Below, in pieces: positions 23,761 through 36,410 of a stretch of 64,000 nucleotides of DNA; positions within the stretch are counted from its first letter, which is position 1; each line of letters starts with the position of its first letter. Both the position numbers and the translations under genes were made by a program. The notes beneath the pieces are model-generated. The model saw nothing but the letters and a program-made list of their open reading frames with translations. It was not told the DNA's origin and did no database searches. The stretch comes from Lama glama (Eukaryota), in the NCBI GenBank assembly GCA_028534125.1, contig CM052852.1:84506001-84570000 (forward strand), written 5' to 3'.

Positions 23761-25979
23761 AGATTGCAGTCGTCTTAGAGTCCTTAAATTTTCCCACGGA
23801 AATATCACGCAAAGCCTACACAAGTACCACCGAAGGGGGTTGGGGGAGGCTGGTTCAGAGCCTAATCTGAAGCAGTTTGCCATAAGCAGGGGGTTTCTTT
23901 GAAATCCCACTTTCCAGGTTTTAAATGCGTATGTGCTTGTTTTAATGTAAAAATAACAGGCCTAAAAAAAAAAAGGAAGCATTCTCTCCCTGCCTCCACT
24001 TTCTAATCAATGTCTGTAAGTAAGAAGACACAATGTTTCTCCGGTGGTTTCAAGTCCCACCCCACAGCCAGCACACTGTCTTGGAGCCCTAGGGGTCTGC
24101 AGACCTCAGTTTGGGAAGCACAGGTGGTGATGCCTAAAAGGGCCCCGCCATCTTTCAGTTTCTATAGGAGGCTTCCGAGTTCCTAATTGCCACATATTCC
24201 CTTTTGTTCTGAGGTTCTCACCTTTGCTCCCCACCCCTTAAAGTTCCCCAAGGCCCTGGGAGTGGATTGGGCCAAGTAGAAAAGACAGAAACAGCCTTTC
24301 TTTCTCTTTTGTCACCCCACGGAACTATGCACACAGGTGCCCCGTAAATACTTGGCGTGTTTGAATAGTTCAGTAACCAGAACTGGGGGACTGGCCCTCC
24401 TCCCGCAGCCAGGCCGGCTCCTGCTGCCGCTTGTGTGAAAAGGTCTTTCAAAATGGTCCTGCATTGAAAATTCACGAGGGAAGAAAGCCGCCTTGATCCT
24501 TTGGGGGAAGGGGCTGGGGGTAGAAACCAAAGGCTAAATAAGCAAGTGAGGTAAGAAAATTAATTTGGAACCAGCGCAATTCAGAAAATCACGATGCTCC
24601 ATTGCCAAAACGGAAGGTAACCGTCATCACAGTTACACCTCCATCAGTGGAGCGAGTCAGCATGGATCACTTGCCGGGAAAATTTCACATTTTCTCTCCA
24701 GTGAACTCGGCCGCCTCGTGTTGACACCGTTTTCCACTTTAATATTCCCTTTTAGACTCACAATTCTCACTGCGGAGGGATCCCACAACACATTCTCAAC
24801 CAGAACCCTTGGCAGTCACAGATGTTTTTAGCTGGGGGATTTGATAACTGGCCTTGAATTAGCCTCTACATGGGGTGCAGTTAAACCACCATCACGAAAA
24901 GATGTTCTTATTACCTGGAGGAGTTGTCTCAGATCACTAGCCCTCCCCCAGCTCCCAGCCATGAATAAACAGGAACCGGAAGCCGGGGCCCTGCTGGGGT
25001 GTGAGGGAAGCTTGAAGTTGTTTCCAGGTATTTGTGGTCCTCACTCTTCCCTGGGAGTTCCTTTGACTGAAGACCCTGGGAGCTGTTTCTGGATTCAGAG
25101 TCAGACTTAGCTTGAGGATTGGATAAGGAAATCCCTGTGAGCATGCTCCCTGGATCAGAAGGCTCCTGCTCAGCTGTTCAGCAGTTCTGGAAACTCTGAA
25201 GGGCCGCCGTTTGGTTTAATGAGCTCCAGCCCACTCACACCGCCTGGCTGAGTGCTCGACACTCACTCGCGGGCTCCCTGGGGGGAAGCAAGCTGAAATG
25301 CTTCTGGATCGTGCGGCCCCTTTCCTATGAACAGAAAGCAAACTGGGAATTCACAAGAAAACCAGAATTCCATCGGTGCACAATGATTGGACAAAGGCAG
25401 TTGTCTTTCTCCTGGGGTCATGGAGGATGTTTGATGGTGTGACACAGGCAGTGTTATGGTGTTGGCTTCACTGAAAGAATTCCCATGGGTTAAGCTTGGT
25501 CAAATTTCTGGGAAATGAGGTGCCTCTTCTATAATCACAGAATTTATGAACTGGAAGTGGTTTTCCCAGTCCCTTCTTTGCACATGTGAAAAAACAGAAG
25601 CCCAGAGAAGGAGCAATCATTTGCCTATCTCATAGCTAGTGGTGCAGACAGGATGCACATCCAGCTCTCCCAGGTAGGCACATAATTCAGAGCACTTACT
25701 CTGTGCCTCGCATTGTTCCTAAGCACTGGGGAGACAGCAGCCAGTAAGGTAGATGTGGTCTCTTGCTCACTTGAAGCATCCCCTCTATTTTTTACAGCTT
25801 TGAAATGGAGCATATACTAATTTCAATCAAGCCTGGCAGAATATTCAGAGCCCTATTTCCATCAGCAGGTGGGAACTAAAATTAGTCCCGCTCCCCTCCG
25901 GCTTGGGCTAGTCTGTGAGCACAGACGCCCTTGTCAACTTCCCACCGTTCATTCATTCATCAACAGATATTTCTCTCTC

Positions 25980-26490
25980 TCTTTAAACATTTTAAAACAA
26001 GTTATTTGTTCAAATCAGGATCAAACTCAAATTCATTCGTTGTAATTAATCAATAAATTTCTTAAGCCTTCTAAAATCGATAAGGTCCTCCTTTCCTCTC
26101 TCTCTCTCCTTTTTCCCTCTTGCCTTTGTCTTGTCCAGTTTTTTGGTTGTTCTTGTTCCCTAGATTTCCTATCAATTGGAAGTTAGAATTAGATGCTTGG
26201 TCAGGTTCAGGTTGAATTCTTTTGGCCCACGACATCATAAGTGGCATTGTGGAGGTCACCAGGAAGCACGCATTATCTGCTTTGTCACTCTTCTTCTGAT
26301 GCTACTGCAACTGATGAGCAAGGCCTGGACCCATTGACTTATTTGTGGAGGCAAAATCTTGACGCCCCAGTCCTGTCACTTTTCACATGATTTAGTTACT
26401 TAACATTTTCAAAGGGGATCAATAAACTTATTGATGTTTTTGTTCTTGTTTTATTCTTTAAACAACATTATGATCCTATTTATTGTCATG
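25980..26490 (-). mobile_element. Ancient L1MC/L1ME-like 3' UTR relic
   Basis: ttcaaatcaggatc...gcttggtcaggttcaggtt...caggaagcac..attatctg resembles the reverse of L1MC-type 3' ends. Confidence 0.45.
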
Positions 26491-29400
26491 GATTTAAACA
26501 AATAATTAGTGACCTTCTACTCCGGGTCAGGCATTGTTCTAGGCACTGGGGCTACAGTTGTGAACGAAACAGATCTGGGTGGAGTTTACGATCCAGGGCC
26601 TGCTCTGCGACACGCTCTCCCTCTCTGCCACTTCAACGAGGGATATTATACCAGATGGTACCGTATGGCCGTCCATATGCAGAGCTCCAGAAATAAGCTG
26701 AGAACTGCACTGTCATGGATTCTGCCTTCTCACCACACTCCCCTGCCCCTGAAGGTTCGACTTTTGTAACATCCTCTCTCCCTACTAAATCTTCTCTGGA
26801 TGTTCATTTTAAGCAGGTTTTATGGAGGAAATTATTAAACAAGAGCCATTGACACAGTGTCATTTCCTTCCCCTCTGGATCTCCCAGAAATAGTCTCTGT
26901 CACCAATTTCTGCCCTAAGTGGGTAGAGGGTTGGGCTTTTTCTAGAATGCTGTGGCCCAGGCTTCTGTGACAGTCCCCATCCCATGGCTTGCACCCCTTC
27001 CCGAGTGGATGGGGCCCTGCATGCATGTGTAGGGGAGCATTTCTGCTGAAGGGCAAAAAAACCAAGCTGCAGGTACAGGACCCTCAGCCACCTAAAGCCA
27101 TTGGCTAACTTGCTGCCTATCAGGCATTTAGGAGAGGAGCTGTTGGTCTCTCATACGCCTGGCTTGAGTTCCAACCATAGCTGAAATGAAATACGTTGAA
27201 GACGTTGCTGACCGCTGTCAACAAATGATCTTTTAATTATTTATTTTGGGTCCCCTACATGCTTAGAACTCCACTGCAAGGTCAAAGCAACAGCCCACAC
27301 AAAAGTTGGCTTCACATGTAAGAGACGGAAAATGCTGATGGTGGCGACTAAATATAGATACCCATATGGGTGGATTCCGGAAACTGCAAAGCAGCGAAGC
27401 TGACACTGAGCCCCAGTGATATTCTGGACCACGTTATCAAACAGGTGGCTTTTGCATATTTAGAAAAGAATGCGGAGCCCACACACTCTTGGGCTGGAAA
27501 AGGTTAAAGAGGAAAGCTCTGAGCAGCTCCAGTCAAAGGTCTGATGTCCGCTGACAGGAAGCAGGAAGGGCCATAGTGTTCTTGTTTCTATAACCATACC
27601 TGGAGGAGGTGTTAAATACAGGACATCATGAAGATAATGGAAAGTACTGCAAATGACTGAACCCAAGCACAGTAGACTTACACAAAAATAAAAACAGCAA
27701 CCTAAAATAGTTTATAGTGAGTTTCTGATACTGACTTTTAACTCGTTTCTGACCTACAAAACAGCGAAGCCCCTTTTCCAGATTTTCTGGTCCAGTAAAT
27801 ACTGTTCTGTGCCTGCCTGTTCTAGGTTCTGCTGATCTTTTGTGTGTTCTAAACTGTGTTATCTTCCATGATAGTCTCGTCAATAAAATGGTGAAATGTG
27901 GGCTGGACAATCGTATTTAAGGAGGTTTGCACGTGTTAGACCAACTCTACCCTGGGAATCGAAGGATGGTGGCATCAGGCTGGAGGGAAGATGGGGACAC
28001 TCCAGGCCTGTGCGAGTGAACATTCTTCGTCAAGGAAAGATACAAGTAAAGAGAGCCCCTTGATCAAATTGGTTTATGAGTCCAAGCTGAGAGGGCTAGC
28101 TTGTCCAATTCTATCCACGCAAAGACAGTCAAACTCCTAACCCAAACCCCTAACCTGAGACACTGGGGTATTAAGAGCTGGAAGAATTGACCTGTTCACA
28201 CCCCTGCTCTGAAGGGGAGTCCCTGCTGGTTGAAGAGCCCTCGCTCTTAATCCGCTTGATCTCTCCTCCAAAGAAAGAGAGGAGCACACACTTCTATAGC
28301 TCCTCTGTTCTCCCTCCGGGAAGGGCCTGTGAGAAAACAATAGCGGATCGGTGTCTGTTTCATTCAAAGATCCTGGGAAAATGAAATTCTTCGTAGAGAT
28401 CATTTCATGTTAAAGCTCTACCTACCATACTCACTTTAGGCCTGAAGGAAGTCGGTGTAACAAAATACAATTGGAGCTCAAAACTCAACATTGTTTCTGT
28501 AATTGTTGACTAACATGGCCGTTGCTCTCAGGAAATTCTTTAGGTCAATCCTGTCATTGACAAATCCATTACTGAGAAGGTAGGCAAAGGAGGACAAAGG
28601 GACTGTGAATGCAAGATGCTGGCTCCTCTAAAACAGCCTCACCTTGGGCTGCCTTCCAGCCTGCATGGCCTAGGTGTATACAATTTAGATATTTACATCC
28701 TTCCTTTGTTTTAGAAGCTACTTCAATAACTTGGATAAATCTCCTTCAAGTTTGGCCTACATAGCACTTTTCAAAGGAGATTCAAGCAACCCATTCACTT
28801 TACTTTTGCAAACTAGTCCATGAACAATGCCCAAGCAGCTTGGTTGTAACTTTTTCTAAGAAAGCAACAAATTTTATGAATTCAGTGAAAGGGACCCATC
28901 CTCCTTTCCTTTAGTAACTGAGGTCATTTGAACCGGGAAAGTTCTTGGGTTGAGGACACAAGAACACACACATTCTCTTCCCCTCTCTCTCCCCTCTGGA
29001 ACTCCTTATTGAACAGGTGGTTATATTTTTATTCCTGTATCTTATCAGCACCTTATTTGCCATGGAATAAAGAAGGCATTTGTTCAAACATCTTTGTATA
29101 TACTGATCAGTTACAGGGAAACTTGTGCCTTAAAATACTCTGCCTGGAAAATACTTTCCAAGTCCAAGATGACGTGGTTGGCAGTAATTTAAGTTCTAGC
29201 TTACAATTGGGAAGGAAAAAGCCAGTTTATCCTATTCTGAAATCAGAAAACCTAATAAACTTGGTAAATGCAAAACTTCATTTCTCTTTTCCAGAGTCTC
29301 AGGAAAAAAGAATTTGGAACACATGTACTGTGCCTGTCCTTGACCTTTTTTTACCTTTACCCTTTACTCTTTATTTCTCAAGCTTTTCACCTACAAATAT

Positions 29401-30995
29401 GACTAATTTACCCTAGATTTAAAAAAAATGAATGACTAATTATTTGGGGATTTCAACATCACATAAAGAAACCAGAAAAGGTTTCAAATGGTCTCTAAGT
29501 TCCTTACTTGGGTTAACTCAGGTGAGTTCATGCTAGAGAAGGCAAATTCACCATGTATATGTTTATATACACCTATTTGCAAAGAGAAATCTTCCCAAAA
29601 TGTATAGGAAGCACCTCTCACCCCATTTTCCTCCCTCTGGAGGACACCCAGTCTGGATGGGCTTCACAGGAGAGTCCACTGAGAGATTCACGATAGGGAC
29701 CAAAATCCTCCACTCCTGCATCCTGCATCCAGTCACTGATGAGGATCAATCTGTTTAGTTGTTTAGCAGGTGTCAGAGAACATGGTCAAAGATTGGTCCC
29801 CTAGGCGACACTGTGGACAGCACCTTTATAGAATTCAAGTGAGAAAATCAAGTACAGTCCTCAAGAAACAAAAACAAGAGCATGAGTCCCCAGCCAGAAC
29901 AAAATGGAATTTGAAGCAATTACCCAACCAAGTCAGCAACAAAATTAAAAAGACCCATTCAGTTTCATGAGGGTTTAAGACCCCAAGATGGTCATAAACT
30001 AAATGGCCTCCAATCTCAGGTCCCCTTTGGCTACACAGCCTTGCTGTCCAACTTCAGGCTCAGACTCACACACTGCAGAGAGCCGGAAAGCCCCCAGGGC
30101 ATTTTGATGGGAAACAGAAAGCCACACCAAGTTTGCCCGAATTTTTACACGAAACCAAGCACTGGGGTTGAACCCAGTTTGGGAACTAAATTCAGACAAT
30201 TGCCTAGCTCACTGCTGAACACTCAGCAGATACCTATTCTGCAGATTCGTCAAGATTTGTATATGTCCATGATTCTGTCTTCATTGCATTCTGGTAAGTA
30301 TTTGAGACCAATCTTGTGGGTACTTTTCCCAGTAATTCCACGGATAGCCAAATGTGGCCCAACATATTGGAAAATCTCACAGTAAATGTATTCTCTTCAT
30401 TGCATTCAAAGCCTTTTAATATAAGCTACAATCAAACGTGACGCTAACAATAAGGCTACACTTAAGCCCTTGGCTACCCCGTCCCAACTGTGTACAACTA
30501 CTATAATCCATTGAGTTGTCTTCAAATCACTAATATTTAGAGCACATAGAAACTTTAGAAATTGTATTCAAGCACCCAAGGGTTATCTAAACATAATGGT
30601 CCTTTTGATCCAAATGAGGCTTCCAGAGTGGGCTGGGAGTCCCACCGCACCCTCCTTTCAACCTGTCTGAGCTTTACCTCCACATCCACGGAACCAGCAC
30701 ACCAACTGCCAGGCCACAGAAACCCCCACTAAGCCCTTCACTGACCAGTTGAGATCAGTGTGCAACGGTGAGTATTGTTTATCTTTAAAAAAATGATGAA
30801 CTATTAAAAATTAGATCACTTATTGCAGCAGAGTGTATTATGGATGATGGGCCATACAAATGGCATCAACTTTCTGTTTCTAGGTAGCAATACTAGGACA
30901 GGTCACTTTCTGACTTATTCTTGATTGCACTTAAAAATAAACAGTACTGGGTGACGATGAGAAGATGGGTTTGCAGAGAAAAGAAAGGAAATGCA

Positions 30996-31250
30996 GATGG
31001 AGGGATAAATTGGGGGTTCAGGATTTGCAGATACTAACTACTATATATAAAATAGATAAACAACAAGGTCCTACTGTGTAGCACAGGGAACTATAGTCAA
31101 TACCTAGTAATGGCCTATAATGAAAAAGAATATGAAAAGGAATATATACACATATATATTTATATATATATAACTGAATCACTATGCTGTACACCAGAAA
31201 TGAGTACAACATTGTAAACTGACTATATTTCGATAAAAATAATAAAAAGC
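30996..31250 (+). mobile_element. LINE-1 3'-end fragment
   Basis: Same 3' UTR family (tagcacagggaactata...ctgtacaccagaaa...gactata); TSD aaaaga(a)aggaaatgca at 30979-30995 and 31251-31266. Confidence 0.88.
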
Positions 31251-32934
31251 AAAAGAAGGAAATGCATTACTTAAGTAAAAACCAGCAGCCCTCGCTTAAA
31301 AAAAAACACACACACTCTGATGTGATTGACCTCTATGGAAGAAGAGTTTATGGAATAAAGAAATCAATGCATTAAGGAATGCACCAACGAATCGATTCTA
31401 CTTATAAAATACCCCCATTGCACTATAGCAAGCTTTGAGAGAACAGTCTGGAAAACCCTAGTCCCTACGGCTTGGTGGGCAGTTGCAGCACCTTGTACTG
31501 TGACATGGTCCGTGCCTGCTCTGTCTTGCACGAGCACGTGAGCCCCAGCTCCCTCTCTCCCGCGTGCTTACCCGGGGCCTGGCAGGTAGAAGAGGCTCAA
31601 AGTAATTTTTGCAGCTGCTCAGTCACTTGCGCCCGGCAAGCTCGGCCACTCCTGCTGACCAACAGGACAGAAGTTGGGTTTCCTGCTGTGTCTACAGGCA
31701 GCCCCTATATTTTTGCCTGCACTTCACCATGAGGTAAGGTCTGCGACTAGATGACAACCCCACATCCCTGGTGACCTTCAGGGAGCCTCCTTTGGAGCAA
31801 AGGCGCAAGCAGGCCTTGTCCTCAGCGGAGATCCAAGCGCACAACAGGCTGAGACATTGGAGCCAGAAAAGCACTGTGGGTCTCAGATGATCCAGCTTCG
31901 CGAGTGGGCCAAAGCCCCAACACCACCTGTTTTCAATATGAGTGTCTCCATTACCAAGCGCACATTTTTCCTTAGGCCTCAAATTAGGTCCATGGCCGAA
32001 GCAGCCTCCAGTTCGCCACCAGCCCAGCCCAGCCCACCCCCCTCCCAGAGCAGGGATCCGCCTGTCTAGCCAGCTTGCATGGGCCATGGTGGTCCAGCTG
32101 CCAACCCTCGCGGTGCCCTCAACCCTGAGTCCACACGCAGCTCATCTGCAGTCCACACAGCCACCTGACAAGTCTGGCCACGTCACCAGACGGGCGTCTG
32201 CCCTTATTCAAGCAGGGAATGGGATGAGCCACGCCTTCCCTGGGGGGAGCAGCCAAAAGTGTCAACTAAATGGAATCCATCTTCCTCTGGGTCAGTCATG
32301 ACGAAGTTCTGGAGACCATCTTGGTGGCACATTCTTTTGAGGATGTGAAACAGTCCAGTGGCTTTTTTTGGAGCTAATGAGTGATTTGGGAAACTTGGAA
32401 ACAGCCCCCACATCCTGCCCTTTCTTTCCACCCATGCCTCAGATCCCTAAATGACAATGTCATTGCTTCAGCTAAAGCCTCTGCTCCCTGTGGAAATACA
32501 GCTGCTCCAGGAGGGAAAGCAGACCATCAGAGCCTCTGGGGCCCGGGGGTGGGCGGTAGGAAGAGACTGATATCCAGCAGGCTGAGGGGGCCGGGGACAA
32601 ACCTGGCTTTCCTCACCATTTTTTCCAGATTCAGAATCTTTCTGTGAGAGATCACACAGATGGGGGCTCCAATGGGTCTGATCACTTTAGCGGTGACCAC
32701 CAGAGAAGCAGGTCATGGGTGACAAGATGACGGAGCCCAACCTTGAAAGAAGCTGGATAAGAGCAAACGATGAGGCTTCCCATCAAGTGGGTAGGACTTC
32801 TTGATGTAACCTCACACCCGCCACCATGTGTCCATACAGTCATGAAACTGGTGACTTTAACAGAAAAGCAGGGTTTGTACTTGTCCAGAGATTCCTTGGG
32901 AGGCTGTCAACCAGCCTCCACCATATTGTCAGAC

Positions 32935-32996
32935 TCACGTGACTTGAAGCACTGTTCACGTGACCTGCCTTTGGACCCCATTTCCGAGCCACGTGA
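32935..32996. promoter_or_regulatory. Homotypic cluster of three CACGTG E-boxes (candidate enhancer)
   Basis: TCACGTGAC at 32935-32943, TCACGTGAC at 32956-32964 and CCACGTGA at 32989-32996. Confidence 0.45.
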
Positions 32997-34549
32997 GAAA
33001 TCATTCTTCTTCTTTCATAATCACATCTCATTTCTGAGAAAATTACTTACCTTGAGGCTGAGGGCACCCCATGAGAACTTGGCTTCCTTGGCACCTATGT
33101 AACATGCAAAAGGATCTAGTTGGTGACAGAACCCTTTGGTCAGTGCTTCAGACTTGGTCTTTACTAACTTCTGGCTATTACAAAAAATTATATCCATCAT
33201 CAGAGTTAGGAGATGTGCCCCAAAGTAGGGGTGACTCCAAGTGTGCTACAGGCCAGGAAGGCACTCCTCATGGAGTCGCAGGAGCAGTGAGTGGCTAATG
33301 TCTTGAGGGAACATGCTAAAGAGACACCATTGGAAAAATGAGGGCACACCTGTTAAAGGAGAAGAAAGGTCAAGTGTGACGATTGGGCAGTGGGAGCAAT
33401 GTTCTGTAGGTTGATTCCACAGGCTCTGTCAAGCTCTTGTCTGCTGTTAGAGAAGTATGAATCTGCCTTAACTAGATTTCGCCAAAGCCGAAACCAAATC
33501 CAAAGCCCATGTCTGAACATGGGGTCGCCAGGCCCGAAGAAGGGAGGTAGAAGGGTGGCGAAGGGCTGCTGCCAAGATAGTGGCTTCAGAGTCGGTGGTG
33601 GAGGAAAGGAACATGAATCAGGAGGGTGGTGAAAAGAAGGGGTAACATTCCAGATGGAATCCACCTGGAAATAAAAGAATATCATGTCTCTGGCAATGCA
33701 GAGAATGCTCTGACAATGCAGGCGTCCTTACGGGCACTCTTTCCCAGATGGAAATAGAGAAAACATTCCCAAAGCATCATACTGAGATTTTAAAACAATT
33801 AACTAGAATCCATGACTCTGGTGAACCTGGACAACTCTCTTTGGTCTGGTCAGGCAGTGGTGATCTGTGTAGTCAGAGAAGAACTGTCACTGGGGGACAA
33901 ACAGTCCCTTAATCTCTACCCTCAGCCTTCCCTGGGACACACTCTCCAACCCCCACCCACTGCAATCAACGCTTTTGAACTTTCTTGGCCAAGGCAGGCG
34001 CCGTTACTATTGCCTATTCATCTGGATTCATGTGAACACACCGAATACACCATCCTACTTTCACTGTGTGAGGTGGCACCAAGGGAAGTGACCCCTCCTC
34101 CCACAGGGACAACCAGGAGTTCAGCTCGGCTTTTCCAGTCTAACTGGGGAAGGAGCACCGTGGGACTCCCACACACTGACTACTTCAACGTTAACACTGC
34201 AAGGCATTTCCTTAAAACATTTCCTCCCAAAATGTTAGTTATTAGGTTGTGCTATGGTTTAATCTCTTGTTAAAATTTAAACCAGTCAAACCAAAATGGG
34301 TTTGAATTATGAGAAGTTATCTACAGATCTTAATGCAGACAAACCAAAACTTTCCCAGAGTTATTTATTTGTTTGTTTGTTTTTAAGTATTTCTTGGCAA
34401 CACATATGAATCTGTGAGGAAATTTCAGTTAGAAACATCTGAAAACTTCCATTTCTAGTCAACACCAACAGCACCTTCAAAGGCTCTTCCACTCAATCAC
34501 TGAGCAAACAATGCATGTACAGACACTGTAGAGTCGGCAGAAAACCCTG

Positions 34550-34715
34550 TCTAATATTTAGAGCTGCCTGGAGATAACACCATTGTAAGTGGTGAGATCC
34601 CAGCCACTGGAGGTGTTCAAGCAGTGGCTGGGCAACCACTTGGCAGGACTATAAGGGAAGACAACCTATCACTAAGGAATCAAGATTGACCAGGATGTCC
34701 TTTAAGAGACCATGG
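34550..34715 (+). mobile_element. CR1/L3 LINE 3'-end relic
   Basis: gtggtgagatccc...cactggaggtgttcaagcag.ggctgg.caaccacttggcagg resembles the L3 3' end. Confidence 0.6.
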
Positions 34716-34999
34716 GAATTGAGTTAAGCTGCTATATGTCTAGGAGGTGATGAATTTATTTCTGTGCATTTCTACATTCTGGAATCCCTGAAGCTCAATG
34801 CAGTTTTCTATCCCTGCCAACGTTGCTGATGCTTCATGCGTGTCTCCATCCCAGATGCAGCATGGGTGCCGTAAACGACTACCAGTGTTACCCTCTGGTA
34901 GTACCCAGGTGTAGCCAACCCAGTGGTTTGCCTGCCCAATCGCCATGTCTCCCTTCCTCCTTGTCGATCATCCCCTAATTCGTTTAGTGGAGCATTCAT

Positions 35000-35496
35000 C
35001 CTCCTCCCTGCAGCTACATCTTTCAGATAAGACTGGCCTCTGCCCAGGGCATGAATCTTGTTCAGCCTTTATATTCAACAGGTCAGGGCATGGACGTTGA
35101 TTCTAGGCAGTGAGAGCTGAGGGGATGTCTGCTGGAAGAGGGTATTAGGTCTTCAAAAGAGACTTGAGGGGAAAAAAAGTCTCATTGCTACCAGCACAAA
35201 GTTGTATGTGAAGCTGTATTATCACTACAATTGTGACAGCCATCTTTTATTTTTCAGCTTTATTGAGGTTTTACAGCCATCTTTCAACCATGAGGGAAGC
35301 TATCCAACATGCTGAGTTGGCAAAGTTGAAAGATGGAAAGGACCTGGATCCTTGATAACAATGTTAGAAATAAGCATCTCTGGAGTGTCCCTACATTGTG
35401 GCTTCTTATTATATGAGATGATCAAGCCTTCATTGTTTAAATCATTTTAAGTTGGATTTATTCTTCCTTGTCGCCACAAGCATCTTAACTTATACC
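35000..35496 (+). mobile_element. Old MaLR LTR (MLT1K/L-like)
   Basis: cagccatctt...aaccatgagggaag...gaaagatggaaagga.cctggatccttgat...ttgtttaa; ends gcatcttaacttatac. Confidence 0.65.
35248..35272 (-). mobile_element. 25-nt LINE-1 terminal micro-insertion
   Basis: Reverse complement aaaacctcaataaagctgaaaaata resembles an L1M 3' terminus; perfect 12-bp TSD acagccatcttt. Confidence 0.7.
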
Positions 35497-35957
35497 ACAG
35501 TCTCTGATGAGATCTTGTCCTCTCAATCTGTTACAGAGGTGGTGAAACCACTCGTAATCCATGTGGTCCAGGCCAGAAGATTGCAGGAAAGAGAGACGAG
35601 GGGATTACTTAGAATCACCTGTTCACCCCAGTGCTGGTCTAGAAGCATCTCCATCCCTGTATGGAGGTTTCCCTGTGGTGTGATCGTGCACAGGTAACTC
35701 TTTGGTCTCTTAGAAAACGCGATCTCTAGTGGGTCCACCTCACTGACTCTCCCCACGTGCCTGGCCTTTTCTGGAGCCTGGGGTACAGTGGACAGAGCTT
35801 GGGCTCCGCTTCAGAATAGTAAAGCCGAACCTGTCAGTGTGGCAGTCCACTCAATTCCTCTCTTCCCGGTATCTCCCTGGAGGTGCCTCTGACTGAGTGC
35901 CCAGCAGGGCTGCCTGTCCTCAGTTCAAGACTGGACTGAAAATTGCTTTGCGGAGGC

Positions 35958-36146
35958 CAGTGATTCTCAAAGCGTGGTCTCCAGACTGGCAGCGTCAGTA
36001 TCACCTGGGAACTTGGTAGAAGTGCAAATTCGCGGGCCTGGTCCCAGATCTACTGATTCAGAAACCCTGGCGGGTGGAGCCTGGCCATCTACAGCTCATC
36101 AGTCCCTCCAGGAGACTCTGAGCTCGCTCAAGTTGGAGAACCACTG
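35958..36146 (+). mobile_element. MER5A hAT-Charlie MITE (full length)
   Basis: Terminal inverted repeats cagtgattctcaa ... ttggagaaccactg; internal atcacctgggaacttg.tagaa.tgcaaatt; 189 bp. Confidence 0.85.
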
Positions 36147-36269
36147 CCCTAGACCTTGGCTACTGTTACTATGACCGGTAACAGGGGATGTGGGGGCTTC
36201 CCAGGGCTCTAACTTGGTTATTTTATAGTGTGAGGGTCCCATCTCGCTCTGTAATTATGCCTTCATTTT

Positions 36270-36410
36270 TACGACTATTTGATCGTGTATCTGTCTCCCT
36301 CACTAGTGGTGAGCTCCACCAGAGTGGACACCAAGTCTATTTTGTTTTGTTCTTCATCCGCAGTGCCCAGAACAATGCCTGACACTTAGTATGTCCTCCG
36401 TTAACATTGG
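36270..36410 (+). mobile_element. L2 LINE 3'-end relic
   Basis: tctgtctccc.cactag.ggtgagctcc...cagtgcccagaacaatgcctgacac.tagta. Confidence 0.6.

Noticed and set aside
23062-23910. Longest non-L1 ORF (282 aa, minus strand)
   Set aside because: Non-ATG start, runs through a MER33-like relic and a microsatellite (ARARTHTHT), and has no recognisable domain; a chance open frame.
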